Positions 1 through 11,325 of a DNA stretch of 41,444 nucleotides are shown one piece after another (position 1 is the stretch's first letter; each line of letters starts with the position of its first letter). The position numbers and the translations under genes are program-made. Source of the DNA: Chiloscyllium plagiosum (lineage: Eukaryota); the NCBI RefSeq assembly GCF_004010195.1, contig NC_057720.1:28052932-28094375 (forward strand), in the 5' to 3' direction. The notes under the pieces are model-generated. The model was not told where the DNA came from. It did no database searches and was given only the letters and a program-made list of their open reading frames with translations.

Positions 1-30
1 CTGATGAAGGGCTTTTGCCCGAAACGTCGA
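1..30 (+). ncRNA. Minimal type I hammerhead ribozyme motif
   Basis: CUGAUGA-A, stem II GGGC/UUUU/GCCC, GAAA, palindromic ACGU and a GUC cleavage triplet. The 5' arm of stem I lies outside the window. Confidence 0.75.
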
Positions 31-127
31 TTTTGCCTGTCCTCGGATGCTGCCTGAATTGCTGTGCTCTTCCAGCACCACTGATCCAGAATCTGGTTTC
101 CAGCATCTGCAGTCATTGTTTTTACCT
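1..127 (+). mobile_element. Penelope-like element 3' end (pseudo-LTR) with hammerhead motif, cut by window edge
   Basis: CTGATGAAGGGCTTTTGCCCGAAACGTC followed by the GATGCTGCCTG...CCAGCATCTGCAGTC tail. The same tail follows the GIY-YIG-coding PLE at 40844-41444. Confidence 0.8.
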
Positions 128-144
128 CTCTGATCTTTGAGGGG

Positions 145-320
145 AGAAAGTGAGGACTGCAGATGCTGGAGATCAGAGCTGAAAATGTGTTACTGGAAAA
201 GCACAGCAGGTCAGGCAGCATTCAAGGAACAGGAGAATCGAAGTTTCGGGCAAGAGCCCGATTCCTGAAGAAGGGCTCATGCCCGAAACGCCGATTCTCC
301 TGTTCCTTGGATGCTGCCTC
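145..320. mobile_element. Penelope pLTR insertion with inverted arms and 12-bp TSD
   Basis: Minus-strand pLTR (145-259) abuts a plus-strand pLTR piece (260-320). ATCTTTGAGGGG flanks it at 133-144 and 321-332. Confidence 0.8.
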
Positions 321-410
321 ATCTTTGAGGGGCCCTATTCTCTCCCTAGTTACCCTTTGGTCCTTAATGTATTTGTAAAAACGCTTTGGATTCTCCTTAA
401 CTCTATTTGG
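321..410 (-). mobile_element. CR1 LINE ORF2 fragment
   Basis: Translates KENPKRFYKYIKDQRVTRERIGPLKD, typical of the CR1 linker between endonuclease and RT. Confidence 0.75.
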
Positions 411-411
411 A

Positions 412-900
412 TTCAGGATCCTGACCTTGCCATCACCAGTCATTTTAACATAGCATCCTGCTGTCATGCCCACATGTCTGTCCTTGGCATGCTGCAGTGT
501 TCCAGTAAAACACAGCACAAACTGGAGGAACAACACCTCATCTTCAGACTAGGCACCTTACAGCCTTTTAGACTTAATATTGAGCTCGACACCTTCAAAT
601 TGTGAACCATTTCTTTCCTTTCTTTTAGCTTGTTATCATGTCCTCCTCTTACCCCCTCCCAGTTAGTGTTCTTTCAAGTCTGGCAGGAGACACACCATTG
701 TCACATCCTGATCACTTAATGTAAACTACTAACATCTTTTCTCCACCATCACACTGGACTCACTACTCCTACCATCACTGCCTCCCCCCTGAATATAGCA
801 TATATGCTGACCCGTTACTCTTCATTCCAGCTCTGATAAAGAGTCATCCAGACTCAAAACATTAGCTTACTCTCTCTCCTTTGATGTTGCCTGACTTGCC
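412..900 (+). mobile_element. Penelope-like element 3' part (GIY-YIG C-terminus, UTR, pLTR); tail resumes at about 2331-2396
   Basis: SHFN..CHAHMSVLGMLQC..KLEEQHLIFRLGTLQP motif, with a hammerhead-like motif at 829-867. Confidence 0.8.
829..867 (+). ncRNA. Degenerate hammerhead ribozyme motif
   Basis: Stem I AGCT/AGCT, CTGATAA (for CTGATGA), stem II GAGTC/ATCCA/GACTC, AAAAC-ATT (for GAAAC-GTT). Confidence 0.6.
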
Positions 901-902
901 CT

Positions 903-2330
903 CCTCTGCTTTGCTGAACTGGTCCTCACCCTCAACCTCCTTTAACTCCTCCCATTTCCTCCAAATTAAGGTGGTGGCCATGGGTACCTGGATGGCCCCA
1001 GCTATGCCTGTCTCTGCCGGCCATATCGAATAGTCCCTCTTCACCTATGCAGTACTATACCCCAACTGTTCCGGCATTACATCGATAAGTGCTTCAGTGC
1101 AGTGTACTGCACCCAGACTGAACTGGAACAGTTCATCGACTTTGCCCACAACTTCTATCCCGCCCTCAATTTCACTTCGGTCCATTCGTGACACCTCCCT
1201 CCCCTTTCTTGATCTCACCATTTCCATCTCCGGCAATAGTCTTCAGATGGACATCTACTACAAACCTACAGACTCCCATAACTACCTGGACTACACCTCC
1301 TCTCACCCAGTATCCTGCAAGAACTCTATCCCATTCCCCTAATTCATCCACCTGCGCCGCATCTGCTTGGACGAGCATCCCAGTTGTTCCCCACACTTTT
1401 CCTCCCTCCGTCATCCAGACAGTCCTCCGCTGCACTACCTCTATTCTCCGTTCCACCACTCTAAACCACCGTATCCTCCCAACGCAATAAGGATAGATTC
1501 CCCTTGTCCTCACCTACCACCCCACCAATCTCCGTATCCAACGCATCATCTTCAAAGACTTCCGCCAACTCCAAATAGACCCTACCACCAAGAACATCTT
1601 CCCTTGCCCACCCCTCTCAGCCTTCCACAAGGACTGTTCCCTCCGACAGTCCTTGATTCACGCCACTCCCACCACCGATCCACCAAGCTCCTTCCCTTGC
1701 AACCAGAACAAATGCAAAACCTGCCAGTACACCACCCCCCTCGCCTCCATCCAGGACACAAAACAGTCCTTCCAGGTGAGGCAGAGGTTCACCTGCCCCT
1801 CTTCTAACTTAGTTTACTGCATCAGGTGCTCCCGTTGTGGTCTTCTCAACATGCGGCAGACTGAACATAAACTTAGAGAACGGCTCATGGAGCATCGCAG
1901 CCAGGTCTGCAGTCACTGTCCATTTCAATTCCCCCAATCACTTCTTTTCTGACATGACTATCTTTGGCCTCCTATTGAACACAGTGCCTATTGGAGGAAC
2001 AACCCTTTCTTGCACCTGGGTACCCTACAGCCCAGAGGACTCAACATTGTGTTCTCCAATTTCAAATCACCTCCCTTCCCAGCCTCACCCCCTCACTGCC
2101 TCTGGTCCCTGTCACCAACCGGATTCATTCCTCCCATTGACCAACCAGGTCATACCCTCAACCTGTCTTCATTTATCACCACTTCACCACCCTGCCCCCA
2201 CCACTCCCTTTATCTGCAGCTCCCCCCACCCCCACCCCCAGTCCTGAAGAAGGATTACACCCGAAACATGGACTTCTCCACCTCCTGATGCTGTCTGGCT
2301 TGCTGTGTTCTTCCAGCCTCCTGCCTGTCT
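903..2330 (+). mobile_element. Penelope-like retroelement, 5'-truncated and frameshifted (RT + GIY-YIG endonuclease)
   Basis: RT motifs ELVLTLN..SSHFLQ and LPFLDLTISI..DIYYKPTDSHNYLDY. CNQNKCKTC linker, SNLVYCIRCSRC, HFN and LGTLQPRGLN motifs. Hammerhead at 2240-2274. Confidence 0.9.
2240..2274 (+). ncRNA. Degenerate hammerhead ribozyme motif
   Basis: Stem I AGTC/GACT, CTGAAGA-A, stem II GGAT/TAC/ACCC (one mismatch), GAAAC-ATG with a mutated cleavage triplet. Confidence 0.65.
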
Positions 2331-2924
2331 GTAATGATCTCCTGCATTTGTTGTTTTCAGTACAGATTCCAGCATTTACAGTAATTTGTTCCTACCAATA
2401 AAAATCTTGCTGATAATAAATTGGGAGTAGTGATTAAATTTTGTATACTTGCATAATTAGTTGCAGTTACAGCTACAGATTTATTTGGATGTCAGGAGCA
2501 CATTGTTAATCAGAGTAGGAACTTTTGCAAAAGTAAAATGTTGTTATATGGGAACGCAGAGGGAAGTGGCAAAATAGTTAATATCAATTGTGCAGAGAAT
2601 TAAGCCATTAGTAATCCTGAGACTGAAGAATGGGAGAGGTCCAAGATATGAAAAATTATGTTTTGGAAGGAAATCCAGTATGGAGGCTCCAGTCGAGAGG
2701 CAAGTGATAGAGGAACCTAAGATTGTGAGTTTACTTGGATGCTGCATTGCAATAAATGGTTGCATAAAAGAGGAACATGATGGTCATCTATTATCAGCAT
2801 CCCTATTTATTATCATTATTTCATGACCAAAAGGAGGTAGATATCATTAATGCCACGAGTTGTGCCAGCCCTAAGCCACATTTAACAGCAGGTGTCCTAA
2901 AAACAAGTGGTGTAATATGTCACC

Positions 2925-4107
2925 TGGTTCATGTCTGACCAACTTGTTTGATTTTTTTTAAGAGTTGACCAGGTTTGTAGATGAGGGCAATGCTTTTGAT
3001 GTAGTGTACTTCAACTTCAGCAAGGTTTTTCATAAAGTCTTGCTTGGGAGATTGATTGTAAAAGTAAGAGCCCATAGGATCCAAGGAAATCTTGCAAATT
3101 GGATTCACAGTTGAGTGACCAGCAGGAAGCAGAAAATGATAATTGAGGAGCACCTTTTTGATTGGAAGTCTTTGTTCATTGGAGTCCCACAGAGGTCAGT
3201 GTTGTGGCCTGAATATAGACTTGAATATAGGAAGGTTGAAGTTCGCCAATGACATAAAAATAGGTGAAGTGGCATTTAGTGAGGGACATCGCCTTAATTT
3301 ACAATTAGATATAAGCAGGCTAGTCAGATTGAATTCCATTTGCCAGTGATCCGTCAATCTAGATAAACGTGAGTTGTTGCACTTCGGCAGAGTGAACAAG
3401 GCAACGGAGGTACAGGATGGATGGTAGGACCCTGGAAAATACTGAAAATCAGAGGGATCTTGGTCTACCTGTATGTTGGTCCCTTAAGGTGGATTATGTG
3501 GTTAAGGAGGTATGTATTATATTTGCCTTTATTAGTTGAAGCATCGAGTTTTAGAGCAGGAGGTTATGTTGAAATTGTGTAAAATTTTGGTTAGGCCACA
3601 GCTAGAATGTTATGTTTGGAATCCACATTATAAGAGGGATATGATTGCAGTGGAGAACTTGCAGAACAGATTTAACAGGTTATATCCTGGGCTGGAGAGT
3701 TTATTATAAAGGGAGATTGGACAGACAGGATGTTTTTTCCTTCAAGTAGAGGGAATAGGATTGAAATATATAAAAATCAGGGACATAGTAAGTGTAGACA
3801 GGAAGAAACTTTTCCCCTTGATATTGGATCAATGCCCAGAGCGCATAGATTTAATGTAAGGGGCAGAAGGTTTAGAAAAGATGTGAGAGTGGGAATTTGG
3901 AACTCACTTCCTATAAGGATGGTAGAGGCAAAAATCCTCATAATATTTAAGAAGTATTTTAATGTGCTCTTGTGATGCCAAGGTGCACAAGATTATGGTC
4001 CAAGTGCTGGAAAATGGGTTTAGAATGGTTAGGCAGTTGTTTCTTACCAGAGTGGATACAGAGTGGCTAAAGAACCATTTTTGTGCTATAGGTGTCATTG
4101 ACTGTAT
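2925..4107 (+). mobile_element. CR1 LINE, decayed RT C-terminal half and 3' UTR
   Basis: CLTNL..F, DEGNAFDVVYFNFSKVF, KFAND, RPQLE and GIWNSLP motifs, interrupted by stops and frameshifts. Confidence 0.85.
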
Positions 4108-4129
4108 CTGAAACCATTGCTCAAAGGAT

Positions 4130-4800
4130 ATAAAATGTTTTGTTTGTACTCATCAAAAGTTGGATGCAAGAAGCAGACGTGAAGAGAGAGACACCAGTTT
4201 ATACAGCATAAGAAGCAAGTGCTGATTGATTGGGCCATCATTTGGCATGAAAATGCAGCAGGAACAGCTAATGATCAATTTTATTTCTTAGAGCAGGTAA
4301 ATAGCTTCTGATTGGCCAGTGTGTTGCCATGGGGAAACAGCAGGGTTTGGCTGTCTCTGTGACCCCTTATTTTGCAAAGTGCAACATATGTTAGAAATCC
4401 TTTTTACCTACAAAAACAGGGTCCTATATATGTAAGTAGCTTGTAGTATGTGCAAATGCATGTCTCTGCAATCTCTGCTGATGAACCTACATTGGTTTCT
4501 GGAGTAACTCTTAGCACAGTGTGAATTATTTACTAAATGATGTCCAATAGCAGAATCACATCTGACGGTGGGAATACTTTTGAGTGTTGCTAGCATGGTC
4601 TAGTTGAGCAGAATGACATGCTGCTAACTACAAATGGTCAATGGGACATGCTGTTTGATATGGCCTGCCAGTTGTTGGGATGTATGGCCATCATACATAG
4701 TAGCACTAACCAGCACTGGAACTCCTATCATATTACCAAAGTGTTATTTTGACTTACAGTAGCATTTCGTTAGTGAGAACATCACTCATAGATTTGCTGT
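4130..4800 (-). mobile_element. Divergent Penelope-like element 3' fragment (GIY-YIG)
   Basis: Minus-strand SAIGHHLVNNSHCAKSY...LHILQATYI. A possible decayed hammerhead (TTGATGAGT..ACAAAA) lies near 4135-4158. Confidence 0.6.
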
Positions 4801-4857
4801 ATGGGGAAGGGGTGTGGTGGCGGGCGGCGTGGTCATAGGGGCAGTGGGGCATCCCAA

Positions 4858-5151
4858 ACAGGAAGGCATAGGTTTAAGATGAGAGAGAAAGATATAAAAG
4901 GGACCTAAGGGGCAACCTTTTCATGCAGAGGGTGGTATGTGTATGGAATGAGCTGCCAGAGGAAGTGGTGGAGGCTGGTACAATTACAACATTGAAAAGG
5001 CATCCGGATGGATACTTGAATAGGAAGGACTTAGTGATGTGGATCAAATCCAGGTAACTGAGAAATGAGACTAGATTTTTTTAGGATATCTGGTTGGTAT
5101 GAACCAGTTGGTCTGAAGGATCTGTTTCTGTGCTGTATATCTCTATGACTC
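4858..5151 (+). mobile_element. CR1 LINE 3' end
   Basis: HRFKMR...RVVCVWNELPEEVVEA and a CTCTATGACTC terminus. Very similar to the 3' end of the minus copy at 38660-38960. Confidence 0.85.
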
Positions 5152-6655
5152 AGAGTCCTCAACTTCTTCTCATAAGATAAGACTTTCAGCTCTGGGATCA
5201 TTCTTGTAAACTTCCTCTGGACCCCCGCCCCAAACGTCAGCGTATTCTTCCTTGAATGCAGGGCACAAAACTGCTGGCAATTTTTTCAATGCAGTCTGAA
5301 CAGAGCCTTATACAGCCTCAGCAGTACATCTATATTCTTGTACTCTGGCCCTCTTGAAATGAATGCTAACAATTCATTTGCCTTCCCAAATGCCAGTGCA
5401 ACCTGCATATTAAGCATTAGAGAAGCCTGAACTAAGACTCCCAAGTCCCCTTGCCCATCAGATTTCCAAAGCCTTTCCCCATTTCGAAAAAAGTATGTAT
5501 AAAAGAGATTAAGCCAAAGTTCTTCCCGCCAAAGTGCATAACCTCATTTTCCAACATTGTAATCCACCCGATACTTCTTTTCTCACTGTCCTAGTCTGTC
5601 CACATTCATCTGAAGCTTCCCTGCTTCCTCAACACTATCTGTGTTCCCACCTATCTTTGTGTCATCTGCAAACTTAGCAAAAATGGCCTCTTTGCGTTCG
5701 GTTAGATTGCTAATGTATTAATAGTGATTCCCAATATTACGTATTAATAGTGATTAATAGTAATTGTGATTCCCAACACTGACCCCACCAGAACTCGACT
5801 AATGAGGGGCTGCCATCCTGAAAAAGACTCCTTCATCCCCACTCTCTGTCTTCTGCCAGTCCTCTATTCATGCCACTACCTTGCCCCAAAGATGGGCTCT
5901 TATTTAGCGGTGTCCTGTGCAGCACCTGTCTGAGTCCTTCTGGAATCCAAGTAGATAATTTTCACTGGCTGTCCTTTGTCCAATTCGCTTGTTACTTCCT
6001 CAAAGAATTGGAACAGATTTGTCAGGCGTAACCTTGTCTTGATAAAGCCATGCTGACTCAGCTCTATTTTACCATCCACTTCCAAGCAATCTCATCCTTA
6101 ATATTGCATGGTAAAATCTTAGTAACGACTGAGGTCAGACTAACTGGCCTGTGCTATCCTGTCTTCTGAGTCTCTCCCTTCTTCAACAGAGGTTCAACAT
6201 TAGACATTTTTCAGTCCTCTGAGAACCTCCCTGCCTCCAGTAATTCCTGAAAGATTACCACTTATAACTTTGCCATCAGCTTGGCTATCTCCTTCAGTCC
6301 TCTGTGGCATAGTCTGTGTGGTCCAGGTGATTTATCCACCTTCAGACCCTTCAGCTTGTCTAGTACATTCTCCTTAGATGGCCACTGCACTCATCTCTAC
6401 ATTTGACTATCTTGAAGTTCTGGTATGCTGCTGGTGTCTTCCACTATGAAAACTTCTGCAAAGTATGCATTCAGTTTCTCTGCCGTTTGTTTGTTCTCCA
6501 CCCTCACTTTCCAGGAGTCCAATGTCTGTTCTAAATATCTAAAAAAAACTCTTGCAATCTTATTTTGTATTGCCAGCTAGCTAACCCTTATATTTTATCT
6601 TCTCCCCCACTTAATGCTTTTTATAATTATCTCTGCTGGTTTTTAAAAGCCTCCC
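5152..6655 (-). mobile_element. CR1 LINE ORF2 RT region (3' part of an element continuing at 9280-11325)
   Basis: QHGFIK..LTNLFQFFEEVT..DKGQPV.IIYLD and AKFADDTKIG motifs on the minus strand. Confidence 0.85.
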
Positions 6656-6755
6656 CTTTATATTCCTGGGATGTGGGTGTTGCTGGCTGGCCAGCATTTA
6701 TTGCCTGTCTCTAGGTAGCCTTGAGAAGGTGGGGATGAGTTACCTTCTTTAACCA

Positions 6756-6797
6756 CGGAGTTAAAAATCACACAATACCCCTGGCACCTCCACATCA
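6756..6797. mobile_element. 42-bp PLE pLTR micro-insertion with 11-bp TSD
   Basis: TTCTTTAACCA at 6745-6755 and 6798-6808. Insert pieces match 30986-31001 (GTTAAAAATCACACAA) and the reverse complement of 27313-27325. Confidence 0.7.
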
Positions 6798-8964
6798 TTC
6801 TTTAACCATTGCAGTCTACATGCTTTAGGTTAATCTACAGTGATCCTTTGGAAGGGAATTCCTGGATTTTGCCCCAGTGACAGTGAAGGAACAGCAATAT
6901 ATTTCCAAGTCAGAATAGTGACTGGCATGGAGGGAGCTTGCACCTGGTGATGGAATTCCCATGTATCTGCTGCCCTTGTCTTTCCATGGAAGTGGTCATG
7001 GGTTTGAAAGGTGCTCTCTAAGGATCTTATGTGAATTTCTGCAGTGTACCCAGTGATAATATACACTGCTGTGAAGGAGTGGATGCATGTCAATGTGGTG
7101 TCAATCAAGTGGGCCGCTATATCCCTGATGGTGTCACACTTATTGAATGCAGTTCGAGCTGCAGACATCAAGGCAAATGGGGAGTATTCTGTCACACTCC
7201 TGACTTGTGACTTGTAGATGATAGACAGGCTTTAGGGAGTCATGATGTCCTTACTTCAGTATTTCTAGTCTCTGACCTGCTGTTGTAGCCAGGTGTATAT
7301 GTGGCGAGTCCACTTGAGTTTGGTCATCAACGATAACCCCAAGGATGTTGATAGTTGGGGCATTCAGTGATGATAACATCATTGAATGTCAAAATGTCTT
7401 GGTTCAATTGTCAGTTATTGAAGATGGTCATTGCTTGGGATTTGTGTGGCGTGAATGTGACTTGCCACTTATCAGTCCAAGTGTGGATATTGCCCAGATC
7501 TTGTTTGCATTTGAGAACCAACTGTTTAGGTATCTGAGAAGACGAGTGGTGCTGAACACTGTGCATCATTGATAAACATTCTCATATCTGACCTTAATGA
7601 TGGAAAGAAGGTCATGGATGAAGCAGATGAAGATGGTTGGGCCTCCTACCCTGAAGACCTCCTGCAGGGATATCTTGAAGCTGATATGAGTGACCTCCAA
7701 CCACCACAACATCTTCCTATGTGTCAGGTATGACTCCAACCAGCAGAGAGTTTGTCCTCTGATACCCATTGCTTTCAGTTTTGCTGAGGCTCCTTGATGC
7801 CACACTTGGTTTGATGCGGCCATGACGTCATGTGCTGTCACACTCACCTCACTTCTGGAATTCAGCTCTTTTGTCCACATTTGGACCAAGGCTGTAATAA
7901 CGTCAGGAGCTGAGTGGCCCTGGCAAGTAACCAAGCTGAACATCACTGAGTAGGTTATTACTCGCAGACAATGCTTGATAACAATCCTGATGACACCTTC
8001 CATTGCTTTACTGAAAGTCAACAGTAGACTGACGGGCAGTAATTTCCTGGGTTGGATTTTTCCTGCTTTGTGTGTGCAGAGTTGTCGGAGCTTCACCATG
8101 TTGATGCCTTGTTGTTACGTACGCTCAGGGCTGCTCCTGGAATGCCCTCCTGCACTCTCCATTGAACCAGGATTGACCGCCTGACTTGATGACCATGGTG
8201 GAGTGGAGAATATGGCAGGGCATGAGGTTGCATATTCTGCTGGTGATAGTTACAACACATCATGGATGCCTAGTCTTGGCTTGCTATTAGTCTGTCCCAT
8301 TTAGTACGGTGATAGTGACTCACAATATCATGGAGATTATTCTCAATGGGAAGGTGGGGCTTTGTCTCCATTTGGACTGTGTAGTGGTCTTTCTTACCAA
8401 CACGGTCATGAACAGATGCTTCTGGTAAAGCTGAGGCCAGGTTTATTTTTCCATTTTGTTGGATCCCTTACCACTTGACACAGACCCAGTCGAGCAACTA
8501 TGTCCTTTAGGACCTGGCTATTTCAGTCTGTAGTGCTGCTGCTGAGCCACTCTTGATGGTGGACATTGAAATCCCCCACCCAGAGTACATTTTGCACTTG
8601 CCACCTTCAGTGCTTCATCTGAGTATTGCTCAATGTGGAGGAGTACTGATTCATCTGCTGAGGTTGGACAGTACATGGAGATTTCCTTGCCTTTGTTTAG
8701 TCTGAAGCCATGAGACTTCATGGGATCTGGTGTCAGTGTTGAGAACTCACAGGGCCACTCTCGACCAACTGTATACCACTTTTGCAACCACTTCTGCTGT
8801 GTCTGTCCTGCCGGTGGGGCAGGACGCATCCATGAATGGTGCTGGTGATGTCTGGGATATTGTCCATAAAGTATGATTCCATGAGTATCGTCATACTCAA
8901 GGCTGTTTCTTGACTAGTCTGTGAGGCCATTATCCCAGTTTTGGCATTGGCCCCCAGATGTTAG

Positions 8965-9063
8965 ATTGCTTCCTGAAGAAGGGCTTATGCCCGAAACGTC
9001 GATTCTCCTGTTCCTTGGATGCTGCCTGAACTGCTGCGCTTTTCCAGCAACACATTTTCACCT
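8965..9063 (+). mobile_element. Solo Penelope pLTR containing an intact hammerhead core, with TSD
   Basis: CTGAAGAAGGGCTTATGCCCGAAACGTC at 8973-9000. CAGATGTTAG is duplicated at 8955-8964 and 9064-9073. Confidence 0.85.
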
Positions 9064-9279
9064 CAGATGTTAGTAAGGTCGAGTTTGCAGAATTGATGAG
9101 CTGTTTCTTTCTTTGTCTTTTCCGAAGCCTATGTCGTTGCAGGTTGTCCGCCCAGTTTCATTTCTTTATTGAGATTTTGTGGTTATTGATACAATTGAAT
9201 GTCTTGCAAGGCCACTTCAGAGGGAAGTTGAGAGCCAACCACATTGCTGTGGCTCTGAAGTTTAATTAAGTCTATAAAG

Positions 9280-11325
9280 TATTTTTCTTTTACCTCAGGA
9301 TGAATTTCTGCTGTGCCTCCTGAACTATCCCCAGAAACTCCTGCCATTTCTGCTTCACCATCTTTCCTGCTAGGCTCCCCTTCCAAATGGCTCCCGCCAG
9401 CTCCTCACTGATGTCTTTATCGTTACCTTTACTCAGTTGTATTGCCATTATGTCTGATTCCAGCTTATCCCTCTCAAACTGCCTCATTACGCATCGCCAA
9501 ATCCAGAATCGCCTGTTCCCTAGTGAGCTGCACCCACAAGCTGCTTCAAAGAATCATCTAATAGATATTCCTTGAACTTATTTCCTTGTAATCCACTGCC
9601 AACTTGATTTTTCCAGTCCACGTACATAATGAAGACTCCCACAATGATTGATGAGTATCTTTTCTAACATGCCTTTTCTATCTCCTGATTTATTTCCTTC
9701 CCCGCATGCTGATTACTGCTAGGAAACCTGAAGATAACTCTCATCAGGGTCATTTTTGCTTTGCAGTTCCTCACATCCACACAGGCTCTGCACCTTACAA
9801 CCATGTATTGCTTCATGCTATCGATTTAATTTCATTACTTACGAGCAAGGCAAGCCTGCCCACTCTGTTCATCTGTCTGTTGTTTTGATAGGACCTGAAT
9901 TGTTATACATTTAGTTCCCAGCCTGATCCTCTTGAAGCCATGTTTCTGTGATACTCACAACAACATACCCACCAATTTCAATCTGTGGTACAAGCTCTTT
10001 TATCTTGTTCCATACACTCTGAGCATTCAAGTAGAACACATATTCACCTTTAGGGAAGGAAACTGCCATCCTAACCTGGTGTGGCCTATGTGTGACTCCA
10101 GTTCTACAGCAATGTGGTTGCCTCTTTACAGCCTCTGGGCAATCAGGGCCAGGCAATAAATGCTGGCCATGTCAGTGAAGCCCACATCTTATGATTTAAT
10201 TTTTAAAAAGTCCTGGATTAACTGCCCCCCACCCCCCAACCCCCTTTCTCATAGTTGTCCCCTTATTTATTGTGCCTGATTTTAGATTCCTGACCCTTTC
10301 CATATGCAGAGTCCTTTTACTTGTTCTGGAAACTTCAATAACCTCTGCTGAGCTCTCCCCCCTTTAACTCTTTCCATAATTTCCGATGCAAATGACCTCC
10401 TCCGACCTTTCAATTTAAAGCCCTGTCCACAGCCCAAGCTTTGCAATTCACCAAGACTCTGGTCCCACATGACTGGGGTGGAGCCTATTCCACCAGAACA
10501 ACTCCCCCCTCTCCCAGTATCCCATGAATTGGAATCTGCTTCTCCTGCACCAATCTTCGAGCCATGTGCATACCTCTTTATTCTTGTAGACCCTGTGTGA
10601 ATTTGCTCTTGGCTCAAAGATAATTGGGTTTTTGGTCCTGCTTTTTAATTTAGCCCCTACTGTTCATATTCCCTCTGCAGAACCTCTTTCCTATTTCTGC
10701 CCATATATTTGGTACCTATGTGGACCATGGCAATTGGATCTCTCCCCTCTCACTCCAAGTTCCTTTACAGCCCAGATGAGAGACCCTGAGCCCAGGGAAC
10801 AGAGCCTGCGAGCTCACAGTCCTTGGGGCACTGAGAACTGTGTCTTTTCCTTGATTATACTATCCCCAATCACAACTATATTTCTCCTCTTCTCTCCGTG
10901 CCCCCCTTAAATGGCACAATTGCAATGGTCAGTTTGCTCATTCTTCCTACAGCCATCTGTACTCTTCATACCGGGAGCAAGAGAAATTTAAGGGCTGAGG
11001 CTCCTTCCACGCCATCTCCTGGATCCCTCTGCCTGCTTCACATGTAGTCATACCCTCCTGTCCCTGACCACTGTATGAATTCAAGTTAATTAATGAAAGA
11101 CATGTGGCTGCTTTTTGAAAGACAATGCCCAGATAACTCTTTCCCCCTGTCTGATGTGTTGCTTTGCTCGAAGATTGGACTCCAGCTCATCAACTCTGGG
11201 CCAGAGTTCCTCAAGCAATCAACACTTGCTATAGATCCAGTCACTCCAAAACACAACGGGTCCACCAGCTCCCACATCATGCAGGTACAACCACATCGCC
11301 TGGCCTTGCATTTCTATTTTATTTA
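9280..11325 (-). mobile_element. CR1 LINE 5' part: ORF1 (Zn-finger/zipper, esterase-like) and ORF2 APE endonuclease
   Basis: C..MMWELVD ORF1 N-terminus near 11280. FYLNAQSVWNKIKEL..SITETWL endonuclease motif. QEAQQKFI linker region. Confidence 0.8.
10051..10209 (+). mobile_element. Deu-domain SINE (SacSINE1/AmnSINE-like), 5'-truncated
   Basis: GGAAGGAAACTGCCATCCTAACCTGG..GGCCTATGTGTGACTCCAG..ACAGCAATGTGGTTG core, then a GGCAATAAATGCTGGCC tail and an AT-rich end. Confidence 0.75.

Larger units (their letters stand above)
6660..9260 (-). mobile_element. CR1-clade LINE (APE endonuclease + RT, decayed) with Deu-SINE core at its 5' end
   Basis: EN start LTNIWG..PKLG...ILMESY near 8870-9080. RT PVSLLLTFSKAMEGVI..GHSAPD..VWHQG..WLESYL. 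3' tail GGCAATAAATGCTGGCC..CCCACATCCC at 6665-6710. Deu core at 9208-9258. Confidence 0.8.

Noticed and set aside
2590..2826. 78-aa ORF / possible exon ending at GTGAGT (2725)
   Set aside because: There is no convincing acceptor or recognisable protein, and it may be an old LINE remnant.
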